64,000 nucleotides of DNA from contig CAWIGC010000036.1 of NCBI GenBank assembly GCA_963835555.1, forward strand, positions 34,231-98,230, written 5' to 3'. This DNA is from an uncultured Solibacteraceae bacterium (lineage in GTDB: Bacteria > Acidobacteriota > Terriglobia > Bryobacterales > Bryobacteraceae). How positions within the stretch are numbered: the first letter of the stretch is position 1; each line of letters begins with the position of its first letter. Under the pieces are notes generated by a model. That model had not been told where the DNA came from, searched no databases, and worked only from the letters and a program-made list of their open reading frames with translations. Positions 34,925-46,162 of the stretch are shown piece by piece. Made by a program: the position numbers and the translations under genes.

Positions 34925-36658
34925 ATGTCAACGTTGATGAGCGGCGCACGAATGTTGCTGGAATGCCTGGCACGCGAAGGCGTGGATTGCATCTTCGGCT
35001 ACCCCGGCGGCGTCACCCTTCCCTTTTACGACGTCCTGTACGATCACCACATCCGCCATGTGCTTGTGCGGCACGAAGAAAACGCCGCGTTCGCCGCGCA
35101 AGGCTATGCGCGCGTCACCGGCAGAGTGGGAGTCTGCTGCGCCACCTCCGGCCCCGGCGCCACCAACCTCACGACGGGACTGGTGGACGCCCTGATGGAT
35201 TCCATTCCCATCGTGGCCATCACCGGCCAGGTGCCCACCAAGCTAATCGGCAGCGACGCCTTCCAGGAAGCCGATACCTTCGGCATCACGCGCTCCTGCA
35301 CCAAACATAACTTCCTGGTGAAGCGCCTGGAAGACCTGGGCGCGGCAGTCCACGAAGCGTTCTACATTGCCGCCTCCGGACGCCCCGGGCCGGTCCTGGT
35401 CGATATCACCAAGGACGTTCTCCAGGGCCAGGGCCACTACCAGCCCGTCACCTCCATCCATCTGCCTGGCTATAAGGTCTTCACCGAAGGCCATACCGGC
35501 CAGATCCGCCGCGCGGCGCAGATCATTCAGGAATCGGAGCGCCCGCTGGTCTATTCGGGCGGAGGCATCATCGCCGCCGATGCCTCCGCCGATCTGCGCG
35601 AATTCGTAGAACGCAACGACCTGCCCACGGTCAACACTCTCATGGGCCTGGGCGGCCTGCCTTCGGAGCATCCCAACTTCATCAGCATGCCCGGCATGCA
35701 CGGCAGCTACGCCGCCAATATGGCGTTTTCCAATTGCGACCTGATCATCGCGCTCGGCGTGCGCTTCGACGATCGCGTCACTGGACGCCTGGCCGCGTTT
35801 GCGCCACATGCCAAGGTGATTCACGTGGATATTGACCCGGCCGAGATCGGCAAGATCCGCAACCCCGATGTGCCCATCGTGGGCGACGTCAAGCGCGTGT
35901 TGGCCAAGCTAAACAAACTGGCGTCCGAAGAGAGGCCGGCCGCCGGCGAGAAACATATCGCCGCCCGCCGCGCCTGGTGGCACCAGATCCGCGAGTGGAA
36001 GCGGGAGCATCCCCTCCAGGTCTCCACCAGCGATACCGAAATCAAGCCCCAGCACCTGATGAGCGAGATCGACCGGCTCTCCGGCGGCCGCGCCATCGTC
36101 ACCTCAGACGTGGGCCAGCACCAGATGTGGGCCGCGCAATTGATCCGCTTCGGCGAGCCGCGTCTCTGGGTGAACTCGGGCGGTCTGGGCTCCATGGGCT
36201 TCGGACTTCCCGCGGCCATCGGCGCCCAGTTCGCGCGGCCGGACAAGCTGGTCTTCTCCCTGGTGGGCGATGGCGGCTTCCAGATGTCCATCCCGGAACT
36301 GGGCACGGTGGCCAGCAACGGCCTGCCCATCAAGATCATCATCATGAACAACGGCTACCTGGGCATGGTTCGCCAGTGGCAGACGCTGTTTTACAACAAC
36401 CGCCTGAGCGCCGTGGAACTGGACAATTTCCCCGATGCCGAAAAGCTGGCCGCCGCCTATGGCTTCAAGGGCAAGACCATCGACAAGCCCTGGGAACTGG
36501 CGTCCGCCCTGGAAGAGGCGGTCCGCGAACCCGGCCCGTACCTGCTCAACGTGAAGGTGACGCCGTTCGAAAATGTGTATCCCATGGTGCCGGCCGGCGG
36601 CGCCATCAACGAAATGGTGCTTGGCCCGCCCCAACCGGTGGCGGTCCCGGCCAAATAG
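34925..36658 (+). CDS. ilvB: Acetolactate synthase large subunit
   Basis: 577 aa with TPP-binding and FAD-binding motifs. The N-terminus is canonical (MSTLMSGARMLLECLAREGVDCIFGYPGG). Confidence 0.9.
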   Translation: MSTLMSGARMLLECLAREGVDCIFGYPGGVTLPFYDVLYDHHIRHVLVRHEENAAFAAQGYARVTGRVGVCCATSGPGATNLTTGLVDALMDSIPIVAITGQVPTKLIGSDAFQEADTFGITRSCTKHNFLVKRLEDLGAAVHEAFYIAASGRPGPVLVDITKDVLQGQGHYQPVTSIHLPGYKVFTEGHTGQIRRAAQIIQESERPLVYSGGGIIAADASADLREFVERNDLPTVNTLMGLGGLPSEHPNFISMPGMHGSYAANMAFSNCDLIIALGVRFDDRVTGRLAAFAPHAKVIHVDIDPAEIGKIRNPDVPIVGDVKRVLAKLNKLASEERPAAGEKHIAARRAWWHQIREWKREHPLQVSTSDTEIKPQHLMSEIDRLSGGRAIVTSDVGQHQMWAAQLIRFGEPRLWVNSGGLGSMGFGLPAAIGAQFARPDKLVFSLVGDGGFQMSIPELGTVASNGLPIKIIIMNNGYLGMVRQWQTLFYNNRLSAVELDNFPDAEKLAAAYGFKGKTIDKPWELASALEEAVREPGPYLLNVKVTPFENVYPMVPAGGAINEMVLGPPQPVAVPAK

Positions 36659-36671
36659 CGAGGGTCCAAAC

Positions 36672-37223
36672 ATGCTGCAGATCATATCCTTACTTCTGGA
36701 GAACAAGCCCGGTGCGCTGATGCGCGTCACCGGACTCCTTACCCAACGCGGCTACAACATCGAGAGCCTTACCGTGGCCCGAACGCTGGACCCCGAACTC
36801 TCGCGCATGACCATTGTGGTGGACGTGGACGCCTCCCAACGCCAACAGGTAATTAAACAGGCCAACAAACTGATCAACGTCCTGCAGGCCACGGACCTCA
36901 CCGAAACGCCGGCCGTGATTCGCGAACTGGTGCTGGTCCGCATCAGGATGGCGCAGGAGACGCGCACCACGGTACTGAAGGAAGCCGAAATTTTCGGCGG
37001 CCGCGTGGTGGACTCCTCCACCGAGGGCTTTGCCATCGAAGTCACCGGCGACCCCGAAAAGCTCGACGAGTTTGTCGATGTCATGCGCAGCTACGGCGAG
37101 ATCGATGTCACGCGCTCCGGCGCGCTGGCCATCGCTCTGGACAGCAAAAAACTGCGCCTGCAGCCCCCCGTTCCGACCAGCGTGGGACAGGCTTCGCGGC
37201 CCGTCCCTTCTGAGACTGCTTAA
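36672..37223 (+). CDS. ilvH: Acetolactate synthase small (regulatory) subunit
   Basis: [35 protein letters not shown]: an ACT domain plus the ALS_ss C-terminus. The start is internal to ORF 36573. Confidence 0.85.
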   Translation: MLQIISLLLENKPGALMRVTGLLTQRGYNIESLTVARTLDPELSRMTIVVDVDASQRQQVIKQANKLINVLQATDLTETPAVIRELVLVRIRMAQETRTTVLKEAEIFGGRVVDSSTEGFAIEVTGDPEKLDEFVDVMRSYGEIDVTRSGALAIALDSKKLRLQPPVPTSVGQASRPVPSETA

Positions 37224-37239
37224 CTTTCCTGGAGCCAAG

Positions 37240-38259
37240 ATGCCGAAACGCTATTACGAAAAAGATGGAAATCTGGATTATTTGAAGGGGCGCACCGTCG
37301 CCATCATCGGATATGGAAGTCAGGGCCATGCCCACGCGCTGAACCTGCGCGATTCCGGAGTCGATGTGGTGGTGGGCCTCTACCCCGGCAGCAAAAGCTG
37401 GGCCAAAGCCGAAGCCGCCGGACTGAAAGTAATGACCGTCGCCGAAGCCGCCAAGGCCGCCGACGTAGTCATGATCCTGGTCTCGGATCACATTCAGGCG
37501 GACCTCTACAACAAAGAGATCGCGCCGCATATGACCACGGGCAAGACCCTGATGTTCGCCCACGGCTTCAATATCCATTTCCAGCAGATTGCGCCGCCGC
37601 CCGGCGTGGATGTTTCCATGGTTGCCCCCAAGGCCCCCGGCCATCGCGTCCGCGAACTGTACACGGAAGGCGTGGGCGTGCCCGCGCTCATCGCCGTACA
37701 CCAGGATGCGTCCGGCCAGGCTACCGAACGTGCGCTGGCCTATGCCCTGGCGCTAGGCTGCCTGAAGGCCGGTGTGATTGAAACCAATTTTCGGGAAGAG
37801 ACCGAAAGCGATCTTTTCGGCGAGCAAGCCGTGCTTTGCGGCGGCGCCGCGGAACTGATCCGCGCAGGTTTCGAAACCCTGGTCGCCGCGGGCTACGCTC
37901 CCGAAATTGCCTACTTCGAGTGCCTGCACGAGCTCAAACTGATCGTGGACCTGATTCAGGAAGGCGGCCTCAGCTACATGCGCTACTCCGTCTCCGACAC
38001 CGCCGAGTATGGCGATTATACCCGCGGCCCGCGTGTAGTGAACGACGAAACCCGCGCCGAAATGAAGCGCATTCTCGCGGAGATTCAGTCCGGCGAATTT
38101 GCCCGCCAGTGGATTGAGGAAAACAAGACCGGCCGTCACAAGTTCCTGGCCATGCGCGAAGCCGCGCAGGATCAGCCAATCGAAAAGGTGGGCCGCGAAC
38201 TCCGTGAAATGATGACCTTCCTCAAAAAGAAAAAGGAAGTAGGCGTACCCGTAGCATAG
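37240..38259 (+). CDS. ilvC: Ketol-acid reductoisomerase
   Basis: [40 protein letters not shown]: a class I KARI, 340 aa. Confidence 0.9.
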   Translation: MPKRYYEKDGNLDYLKGRTVAIIGYGSQGHAHALNLRDSGVDVVVGLYPGSKSWAKAEAAGLKVMTVAEAAKAADVVMILVSDHIQADLYNKEIAPHMTTGKTLMFAHGFNIHFQQIAPPPGVDVSMVAPKAPGHRVRELYTEGVGVPALIAVHQDASGQATERALAYALALGCLKAGVIETNFREETESDLFGEQAVLCGGAAELIRAGFETLVAAGYAPEIAYFECLHELKLIVDLIQEGGLSYMRYSVSDTAEYGDYTRGPRVVNDETRAEMKRILAEIQSGEFARQWIEENKTGRHKFLAMREAAQDQPIEKVGRELREMMTFLKKKKEVGVPVA

Positions 38260-38295
38260 GACAGGCCTCCGGGCCTGTTCCCTTTTGGTTCTCTT

Positions 38296-39906
38296 ATGAA
38301 AATCTTCACCTTCGATACCACTCTCCGGGACGGCACGCAGGGCGAGGCCGTCTCCTTCTCCGTGGATGACAAGCTTATCATTGCGCAGAAACTGGATGAG
38401 CTGGGCATCGATTATATTGAGGGCGGCTGGCCCGGATCCAACCCCAAGGACAAGGAATTCTTCAGCCGGGCCGCCGAGCTCAATCTCAAGCACGCCAAAT
38501 TGACCGCCTTCGGCTCCACGCGCTTCGCCAAAAATCCCGTACAGGAGGACCGCAACGTGCGCGCCCTGGTGGAGGCCGGCACGCCCGTGGTTTCCATCTT
38601 CGGCAAGACCTGGGACCTGCACGTGAAGCGTGCCCTTGGCATCACCGAGCCGGAGAACCTCGTCCTCATCTCAGACACCGTCAAGTACCTGGTAGATCAC
38701 GGCAAGGAAGTGGTCTACGATGCCGAGCATTTCTTCGATGGGTACCTGGCCAATCCGGCTTATGCTTTGCAGACGCTGGAAGCCGCCAAACAGGCCGGCG
38801 CTTACGTGCTATGCCTTTGCGATACGAATGGCGGCACACCCACGGCGCGCCTGGTAGAACTGGTCGCCGAGGTCCGCAGGCGCTTTGACGGCGTGATCGG
38901 CATCCACACTCACAACGATTCCGACGTGGCGGTGGCCAACACCCTGGCTGCCGTAGAGGCCGGAGCCACTCACGTGCAGGGCTGCATGAACGGCTATGGC
39001 GAACGCTGCGGCAATGCCAACCTGGCATCGGTCATCGCCAATCTGGAGCTAAAACTGGGACACACCACGGTGGGCGCCGACCGGTTGGCCGGCCTTTCCT
39101 CCGTCTGCCGCTTTATTTCCGAGCTGGCCAATCTGCCGTTGCGTAACGATCAGCCCTTCGTGGGTAAGAGCGCCTTCGCCCACAAAGGCGGAGTGCACGT
39201 CAGCGCCGTCCTGAAGGACTCCCACACTTACGAGCATGTCGCCCCGGAAACCGTTGGCAACCGCCAGCGCGTTCTGGTAAGCGACCTCTCCGGTCGCGGC
39301 AACATTCTTTATAAGCTCAAGCAACACGGGCTGGCCGATCGCCTGGGAGAAGACGCGCGCCGCGAACTGCTGGAGCGCATCAAGCAACTGGAATACGAAG
39401 GCTATGAACTGGAGGCCGCCGAAGGCACGTTCGAATTGCTGGTCCGCGAGGCGCTCAATCCGGGCATGCAATTCTTCGACGTGGATAGCTACGAAGTGAC
39501 CACGCGCGCCGCCGGAACCGGGCCTTCCCGCACCACCGCCACCGTGACGTTGCGCGCCCAGGACGGCGTCCATTCCGCTACCGAAAGCGGACATGGCCCG
39601 TTCAACGCCCTGCACCTGTGCCTGCGCAAGTGCCTCTCCAAGCTCTATCCGCAGATCGCCGAAGTACGCCTGACCGACTACAAAGTCCGCGTCCTGGACT
39701 CCCGCAAAGGCACCGCCGCCAATGTCCGGGTGCTCATCGAATGGAGCGACCACCGCAAAAGCTGGTCCACCGTGGGCGTCTCCGACAACGTCATCGAGGC
39801 CAGTTGGAAGGCCCTCGTGGATGCCATCCGCCTGGAACTGATGCGGCTCCTGGAAAAGGACGCCTCCATCGAACGTGCCGTGGAAGACTACTGCTGGGGC
39901 GTCTGA
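38296..39906 (+). CDS. cimA: Citramalate synthase / 2-isopropylmalate synthase family (CimA-like)
   Basis: 536 aa with an HMGL-like TIM barrel (FDTTLRDGTQ) and a LeuA dimerisation domain. The length and N-terminus resemble CimA of the Ile pathway. Confidence 0.75.
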   Translation: MKIFTFDTTLRDGTQGEAVSFSVDDKLIIAQKLDELGIDYIEGGWPGSNPKDKEFFSRAAELNLKHAKLTAFGSTRFAKNPVQEDRNVRALVEAGTPVVSIFGKTWDLHVKRALGITEPENLVLISDTVKYLVDHGKEVVYDAEHFFDGYLANPAYALQTLEAAKQAGAYVLCLCDTNGGTPTARLVELVAEVRRRFDGVIGIHTHNDSDVAVANTLAAVEAGATHVQGCMNGYGERCGNANLASVIANLELKLGHTTVGADRLAGLSSVCRFISELANLPLRNDQPFVGKSAFAHKGGVHVSAVLKDSHTYEHVAPETVGNRQRVLVSDLSGRGNILYKLKQHGLADRLGEDARRELLERIKQLEYEGYELEAAEGTFELLVREALNPGMQFFDVDSYEVTTRAAGTGPSRTTATVTLRAQDGVHSATESGHGPFNALHLCLRKCLSKLYPQIAEVRLTDYKVRVLDSRKGTAANVRVLIEWSDHRKSWSTVGVSDNVIEASWKALVDAIRLELMRLLEKDASIERAVEDYCWGV

Positions 39907-39918
39907 CGGACCGGCGGG

Positions 39919-40293
39919 TTACGTCCTGGCCGCGAACACTACGATGTGCCCGCCCGGTTCGTGCACCCCGATCTCCCTCATGCCGTAGAACGTGGTCCGT
40001 TCCGGCATGGTAATGGGGTAGCCATCCAGGCGCTTCAGCACATCGCCGAAGTCTTCCACTTCCACGAATAGCCCGACGGTGTTGGCCTCGCCTTTGGGCG
40101 CGAATTTGGGCTCGTCCTTCTGCACGCTGGCGATCGTCTGCATCATCACCTCGGCGCCCTCGCGCACCAGGATCACGAAGCCCAAACGTTCGCCTTCCGG
40201 CGCCTCCACCGTCTTAGTGAAACCCATGCGATCCACCCAGAACGGCAGCGACTTCTCAATTTCCGCAACCATCAAAACAGGAGTAAGTTTCAT
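39919..40293 (-). CDS. VOC-family (glyoxalase/bleomycin-resistance fold) protein
   Basis: 124 aa with a paired beta-alpha-beta-beta-beta module. Confidence 0.6.
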   Translation of the reverse strand: MKLTPVLMVAEIEKSLPFWVDRMGFTKTVEAPEGERLGFVILVREGAEVMMQTIASVQKDEPKFAPKGEANTVGLFVEVEDFGDVLKRLDGYPITMPERTTFYGMREIGVHEPGGHIVVFAART

Positions 40294-40302
40294 CTCCCGA
40301 TG

Positions 40303-41052
40303 CTAACCGGGCGGGGTGCCCGCCGTATTGGAAAAAACGGCCACGGGCGCTCCGCCGGCAAATTCGTGAAAATCGCGGATCAGGTGCGCCTGGTCGAAGT
40401 ATCCCGCCTCTGCCGCGATGTCCGGCCATTGGGGCCGCTCCGCGCGTCCGGCCAGTTCACAGGCGTACCGGAATCGCAGCACCCGGCTCAGATGCTTTGG
40501 GGTGAGGCCGCTCTCTTCCAGGCACCGGCGGCGGAACTGCCGCATGCTGAGGTTCGCCTGCCGCGCAGCCAGTTCCAGGTCGCAGGCGCCGTGCTCGGCC
40601 GAGATCGCCTCGATCGCCCGCTGCACCGGGTTGGGCGCGCTATTGGGCGGCGGGATGCCGTCCAGCAGCAGCCGGATTGTTTCCCTGGGGGTCCGCGCCT
40701 GTCGCAAGCGTTCTTCCAGTGTGCGTGCGCGCGCGCCCCATGCACCTTCCAGGGCAGCGATCCCGTCCGTCAGATCCGAGGGCGCGACGCCCAGAAACGT
40801 GCCGGCCTTCCCGGGATGAAACCGCACGCCCACAATCTGCAAGCCGCCCGGATAGTAAAACTTCTGCGCCGCGGTCATGGTCCCCACCATGCGCAGGCCT
40901 TCGTCCGCCGAATAGACGATGTCCAGGCAGCCATCGGGCCTCACGGCATAGCCGCGGGGCTCTCCAGTGGTCTCGGAACACCAGGCGCATTCCACCCACC
41001 GCTGCCAGGCGGCAGCCGGACGATACTCGCGGTAGCCTTGAGGCGAATCCAC
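40303..41052 (-). CDS. AraC-family transcriptional regulator
   Basis: An N-terminal cupin-like domain and a C-terminal HTH_18 (RQFRRRCLEESGLTPKHLSRVLRFRYACELA...AGYFDQAHLIRDFHEFAG). Confidence 0.75.
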   Translation of the reverse strand: MDSPQGYREYRPAAAWQRWVECAWCSETTGEPRGYAVRPDGCLDIVYSADEGLRMVGTMTAAQKFYYPGGLQIVGVRFHPGKAGTFLGVAPSDLTDGIAALEGAWGARARTLEERLRQARTPRETIRLLLDGIPPPNSAPNPVQRAIEAISAEHGACDLELAARQANLSMRQFRRRCLEESGLTPKHLSRVLRFRYACELAGRAERPQWPDIAAEAGYFDQAHLIRDFHEFAGGAPVAVFSNTAGTPPG

Positions 41053-41285
41053 TTCCCGATCCTAACCCGGCGCGGCCGGAACCAAACCAGTCGTTTTTAC
41101 TATGATGTCTGAGCGGCGTGAACGCCGCAAGAGCATAACCGGACTAAACGAAGCCCGCATTTCCGCGGAATCGATTTCCGTACGGCCGATCGAGGCAAGA
41201 CGTCTTTCATCTCCTCGATGTTCTGGCTGGTTAGGTCGGCGACGATGCACCCATGGCCGGACCCTGCCGGCATCGCAAAACGCAA

Positions 41286-42064
41286 TCAGGTATGACTCAC
41301 GGCGCGTGCCTGTTCCAGTGCCTTTTGCGCGCCCAGTTTCATGGCGGCAATGTCGTTGGTGCAAAACAGCAGATCGACATTCTGACGCGTCCAGAACGGG
41401 AGATCCTGCGGGGCGATGCCGGCGGCCGTGAGTTTGCCGTGCGACCTGGCAGTCTGCACGATGTGCGCCGCGGCTTCGTACACCGCATTGTGGCCGGTTT
41501 GCCCGGGAACGCCCAAGCTGGCGGAAAGGTCCGCGGGACCGATGAAAACGGCGTCCAGGCCCGGTACGCGGCAAAGCCGTCCACCCGATCCACCGCTTCC
41601 CGGGTCTCCACCTGGGCCATCAGGCACAGCTCCCGGTTCAACTTCCGCTGCTCCTCGCACACCGGACCGTCCAGGCCATACTTCACCGAGCGCGACACGC
41701 TGAAGAAGCCGCGCACTCCCTCCGGAGGAAAGCGCGCGTGCTCCACAAACTCCGCGACCATCTCCCGAGTATTGGCCATCGGCAGGTCGAGAATGTGTCC
41801 GGACCGCACTCGCAAGCCTGCAGTACCGTAGTGCGGCTCGGATTTGGTATCCGGATCATGGTCAGCATCCCGAGTCCCGATGCGATCCGGCACAGATCGG
41901 CAGCCTGCGCGAACGTCAGGAAAGTATGTCCATTTCGATCCACGCGGCTTTGAGTATCCAATGAGCGCCGCCATTTCGAGGAACGTCGGATTGTAAAGGT
42001 AAGCCGCGGCTCCGTATATGGGGCCGCCGCCTTGACCTGCCAGAGCTTGCTGCATTCGATTCAT
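41286..42064 (-). pseudogene. HpcH/HpaI-family aldolase gene with frameshifts
   Basis: The C-terminal piece (LDAVFIGPADLSASLGVPGQTGHNAVYEAAAHIVQTARSHGK) and N-terminal pieces (MANTREMVAEFVEHARFPPEGVRGF) lie in three different frames. Confidence 0.5.
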
Positions 42065-43240
42065 CGGATCTCCTGTGGGGCTGTTTGATTTTCAGCCTGC
42101 CGCGCCGTCCGGCGGCGCCACCCGGCCAAAGTGAGTTCCCGCGATTGCGGGTCATGATTCGGAAATACGAAAACATGGCCGTGTAGCCGGTGATCAGCAG
42201 CACGACGTGCCCGATTACGCCAATCATGAAGTTGTGGAAGGGAAAATTCAACCGGCCGAGGTCCCAGACTTTTCCAGCGTCGAGTATCAGGGTGGCCCAT
42301 GTCGTGAATACCAGGCTCGCGGCGATCCCGGCATACGCACCGGTGCGGCTGGCCCGCTCGAAAAGAAAGGCGGGCAGAAACAGACCCGCCAGTCCCCCGG
42401 CAGCAATGGCCGAGAGCGTGTACCAAAGCGACAGCGCCGTACCGTGGGTATGCGCCAGAGCGGTCGAGACAATGACGCACAACGCTCCGCACAGGGCGAC
42501 AATCGCTTTGGCGACGATCAGCCGCTGCCAGTGGTGGAGTTGGGCCGCCAGATCCGATAGTAGTCTTCTACGCCGATGGCGGACAGGCTATTGAAATCCG
42601 AAGAGAGGTTCGCCATTGCCGCGCCGAACAGCGCCGCCAGGAACAATCCGGCCAGTCCGGCCGGAACGTGGGTGGTGATGAAGTGCGGAAAACCTGGTCG
42701 GCTTTCGCGATGGCCGGCGGCAGCACTTCGCCGGTCGAGCGGTAGAACGACCAGCATAAGCTGCCGATCAGCATGAACAGGCCCATACCGGAACACACAA
42801 CACGGCCCCCAGAGCGATGCCGCGCAATGCGGCGCGGTCCGACTTCGCCACCAGGTAGCGCTGCACGATGGTCTGGTCCGCGGTGTACTTCTGCAAGTAA
42901 AAGAAGAAGCCGTAAAGCGAAAGAACCAGGAATGTCGGCTTGCTTAGATCGGGCTGCATGCTTCCCAGCGAGATCTTGTGATTCGCCCAGGCGAGATGGA
43001 GCGCTTCCGCGGCCCTCCCGGCGGCAGAAACAGCAGGAACCCGAGACAGATGAGAATGCCGGCCCAGAGCTCGAAGCCCTGCAGCAACTGTTCTTCGCGG
43101 CCGACTGGCAGAACCGCGAAGGCAAAAAACCGGCAGCATTCTCCCAGAGCGGCGCGTTCGTTGCGCTCTCTGATGATGACGGCAAAACCTGGAACATGAA
43201 AACCCTTCCCGGAACCCTGCCGCACGAAGCGGTCACGCTC
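42061..43240 (-). pseudogene. Sodium:solute symporter (SSF) family transporter gene, frameshifted and 5'-truncated
   Basis: SSF membrane segments occur in three frames ([37 protein letters not shown]; [23 protein letters not shown]; C-terminal TM helices). No N-terminal third was found. Confidence 0.5.
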
Positions 43241-43813
43241 CGGCGCCCTGGCTGGTCCCGGTCCTACCATAGCGAAGGCACCCTCGGCTATACCGTCGCC
43301 GCCCAGGCCCCCAACGGAGTGATTCATCTGATCAGCAGCATGAATCATCCCTCTCTGCACTGGGAGATGAACGAAACCTGGATTCTCTCCGGAGGCACAA
43401 CCGAGACTCCCGCGTCCGCGGCGAAGGGGACTGCCATCAGCGAGACCGAGCTCTGGCCGAACGGCCGTGTGCGCGCGAGCTGGTCCGGAAAACAGGATGC
43501 CGGCGGCCGCTACGTGCTGGACGGCGTCGAAACCTGGTACACCCCGGGCGGCGCTCGCGAGTACCAGGCAACCTGGCGCAATGGCGTCAAGACCGGCACG
43601 GAAACATGGTGGTCGGAGACCGGCGCCAGGATCTCCGAATGGGCGCGCCGGCCGGATGGCTCCGCCTTGTGGACGCAGTATTGGCCCAACGGCGCCCGGA
43701 AGCACGAATCGCGTTGGAAAGACGGGCGCTGCGAGGGCGAAGCCGCAGCGTGGGACTATTCCGGCCGCCAGACGGGCAGCTACCGGTTCCGGAACGGCGA
43801 ACTGGTTCAATAG
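43130..43813 (+). pseudogene. C-terminal fragment of a BNR(Asp-box)/YwqK-MORN-like repeat protein
   Basis: An SDDDGKTW Asp-box, then repeated W/Y-x-x-G-x-K-x-x-G MORN/YwqK-like units (TWYTPGGAREYQATWRNGVKTGTETWWSETGARISEW...). There is no plausible start or N-terminal domain. Confidence 0.4.
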
Positions 43814-43842
43814 ATGTAGGAGCGCGGATGAACATCTTCGGT

Positions 43843-44808
43843 ATTACGATGGGCGATTCCTCCGGAGTCGGCCCCGAGATCCTGCTGCATTCCTGGCGCA
43901 GCGGGGAATTGCGCGTTCCCCTGGTGGCCTATGGGGACATGGCCGTGTTGCAGCGCGCCAACCGCGCGCTCCATTACGATGTGCCGTTGCGCGCCGTCGC
44001 CGCCCCGGCCGATTACCGTGAAGGCTCCCTCAACGTGTGCGACTCCGCCATCCTCCGCGACGAGGATGTGCGGCCGGGACAACTCAGCGCGGCCTCGGGC
44101 GCCGCGGCCCGCGAATACGTGGTCGCGGCTACGCGTGCGGCTCTCGCAGGCGACATCGCCGCCATGGTGACGCTCCCCATGAATAAGGAGGCTACGCAGC
44201 TTTCCGATCCTGTGTTTGTAGGCCATACGGAGCTGATCGGGTCCCTCTGCGGCGCCTCCGACGTAACCATCATGCTGGTCTCCGAGCAGCTCATCGTGAC
44301 CCACGTGAGCACGCATGTTTCCCTGCGCGAAGCCATCGACCGGGTAAAACAGCCGCGCGTCCGCCGCATCATCAAGCTGACTTGCGACGCCGTCGCCCGC
44401 CTGAAGGAAACGCCCCGTATCGCCGTGGCGGGGCTTAATCCGCACGCGGGCGAAAACGGCCTCTTCGGACGGGAGGAGCTGGACGAAATCCGCCCGGCGG
44501 TGGAATGGGCGAGAAAGAACGGCCTCCCCGTCGAAGGGCCCCTGCCGCCCGATACCCTGTTCTTTATGGCGGTGCGGCGCCGGCTCTATGACGCCATCGT
44601 GTGCATGTACCACGATCAGGGCCATGTTCCTTTGAAGCTGCTGGATTTCGAAGGCGGCGTGAACGTGGCGCTGGGCCTCCCCATCATCCGGACGTCTGTC
44701 GATCATGGCACTGCATTCGATATCGCGTGGAAAGGAATCGCGTCCACCCGCAGCCTGGTCTGCGCCCTGGAACTGGCGGTCAAAATGGCTGCCGGCCCCC
44801 GCGCCTGA
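43843..44808 (+). CDS. pdxA: PdxA-family 4-hydroxythreonine-4-phosphate dehydrogenase
   Basis: 322 aa, MNIFGITMGDSSGVGPEILL...HDQGHVPLKLL...DHGTAFDIAWKG, with intact conserved PdxA motifs. Confidence 0.8.
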   Translation: MTMGDSSGVGPEILLHSWRSGELRVPLVAYGDMAVLQRANRALHYDVPLRAVAAPADYREGSLNVCDSAILRDEDVRPGQLSAASGAAAREYVVAATRAALAGDIAAMVTLPMNKEATQLSDPVFVGHTELIGSLCGASDVTIMLVSEQLIVTHVSTHVSLREAIDRVKQPRVRRIIKLTCDAVARLKETPRIAVAGLNPHAGENGLFGREELDEIRPAVEWARKNGLPVEGPLPPDTLFFMAVRRRLYDAIVCMYHDQGHVPLKLLDFEGGVNVALGLPIIRTSVDHGTAFDIAWKGIASTRSLVCALELAVKMAAGPRA

Positions 44809-44842
44809 TCTCATTCGTGCGCGAACTGCATGGCGTACAGCT

Positions 44843-45409
44843 GCGCTGGACCGCTTGGATCTCTGGAAGAACACCGTCGTGGTATTCTGTGCGGACCATG
44901 GCTACCATTTAGGGGATCACGGCGGGCTGTGGCATAAACTGTCCCTCTTCGAGAATTCCACCCGTGTGCCATTGGTCGTGTACGCCCCCGGTCAGGCGGG
45001 AAACGGCCACTCCTGCACACGCCTCACTGAGAGCGTGGATCTTTATCCCACTCTGATCGAATTGTGCGGCCTCGACCCGCCCGCCGGCCTCGAGGGCACG
45101 AGTTTCGTGCGTTTGTTACAAGAGCCCGCGAGGAAATGGAAACATGGCGCGTTCTGCATGGCAGACCGCGGGGAAGAACTGGCGGAGGCGCCCGAGAAGA
45201 TCTCGTTTTTCGGCCGGTCCGTGCGCAGTGAGCGCTGGCGCTTCACGGCATGGGATGGCGGAAGACAAGGTGAGGAGATCTACGATCATTCCGCGGATCC
45301 CGGCGAGTTGCACAACCTCGCGGAGAACCGCTCCCACGTAGAGATCGGAACGAAAATGCGAGGCTTGCTGCAGCAGGGATGGCGGTCGGCGCTACCGGAG
45401 CCCGCCTGA
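44843..45409 (+). pseudogene. C-terminal fragment of a sulfatase
   Basis: NTVVVFCADHGYHLGDHGGLWHKLSLFENSTRVPLVVYAPG... corresponds to the sulfatase C-terminal third. The N-terminal catalytic domain is absent and the ORF overlaps the pdxA 3' end. Confidence 0.55.
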
Positions 45410-45427
45410 GCAAACCCCCAGCGAGAA

Positions 45428-46156
45428 TTAACGGCCCGTGAGAGATTCCAGGAAGCCGAAGGCTTTTGCGACGGCGGCTTCGCCGGACTCGCCGAGAAAC
45501 GACTCGTAAGAGCTGGTCGAGCCTTTGTAGAAGGCGTCCCGGATCTGCACCGGGTTCTTACTCCGTAGCGCCTCCAGCAAAGGACTGTGCTCGGCTACCA
45601 CGGCGGTCAGCTTTTGTAATCCGTGGCTGCGCAGCATCGCGGCGAACGCGAACAGCGGAACGGTTACCAGTTCGAGCAGGCGGCCTAGTGTATCGTTGCC
45701 GGCGCAATGCCAAACGTGGCGGTGGAATTCCAAATCGGCTTGGGCAGCTTCGTAATAATTGTTGGATTCGACGGCGGCGCCAAGGACCCTGAGCCGCCGT
45801 TCGAGTTCTTCCAGGTCGGCATCGGTCATGCGCTCGGCGGCAGCCTCCGCGGCCATGCATTCCAGGACTACCCGAACTGCAACCCTCTCCCGCACGTCCT
45901 TTGGCGAAAGCCGCGTAACGGTCGTGCCCAGGTTGGGCTTTCGGGTCACCAGCCCGGCGTATTCGAGTCGTTGCAGCGTCTCGCGAACAGTTGCCTGGCT
46001 GACACCGAGCCGCTTGGCAAGCATCAACTCCCGGAGAGGAGTTCCGGGCATGAGAGATCCATTCATGATCTCCTCCCGGATCTGCTTCTCCACTACCGAG
46101 GCTTTGTCGGTTCGGATTGTCGGTTCCGGCAAATCGGCCAAGGCGAAGCTTAACAT
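45428..46156 (-). CDS. GntR-family transcriptional regulator (FadR/FCD subfamily)
   Basis: A winged-HTH (LMPGTPLRELMLAKRLGVSQATVRETLQRLEYAGLVTRKPNLGTTV) and a C-terminal FCD domain. Confidence 0.8.
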   Translation of the reverse strand: MLSFALADLPEPTIRTDKASVVEKQIREEIMNGSLMPGTPLRELMLAKRLGVSQATVRETLQRLEYAGLVTRKPNLGTTVTRLSPKDVRERVAVRVVLECMAAEAAAERMTDADLEELERRLRVLGAAVESNNYYEAAQADLEFHRHVWHCAGNDTLGRLLELVTVPLFAFAAMLRSHGLQKLTAVVAEHSPLLEALRSKNPVQIRDAFYKGSTSSYESFLGESGEAAVAKAFGFLESLTGR

Positions 46157-46162
46157 GAAAAA

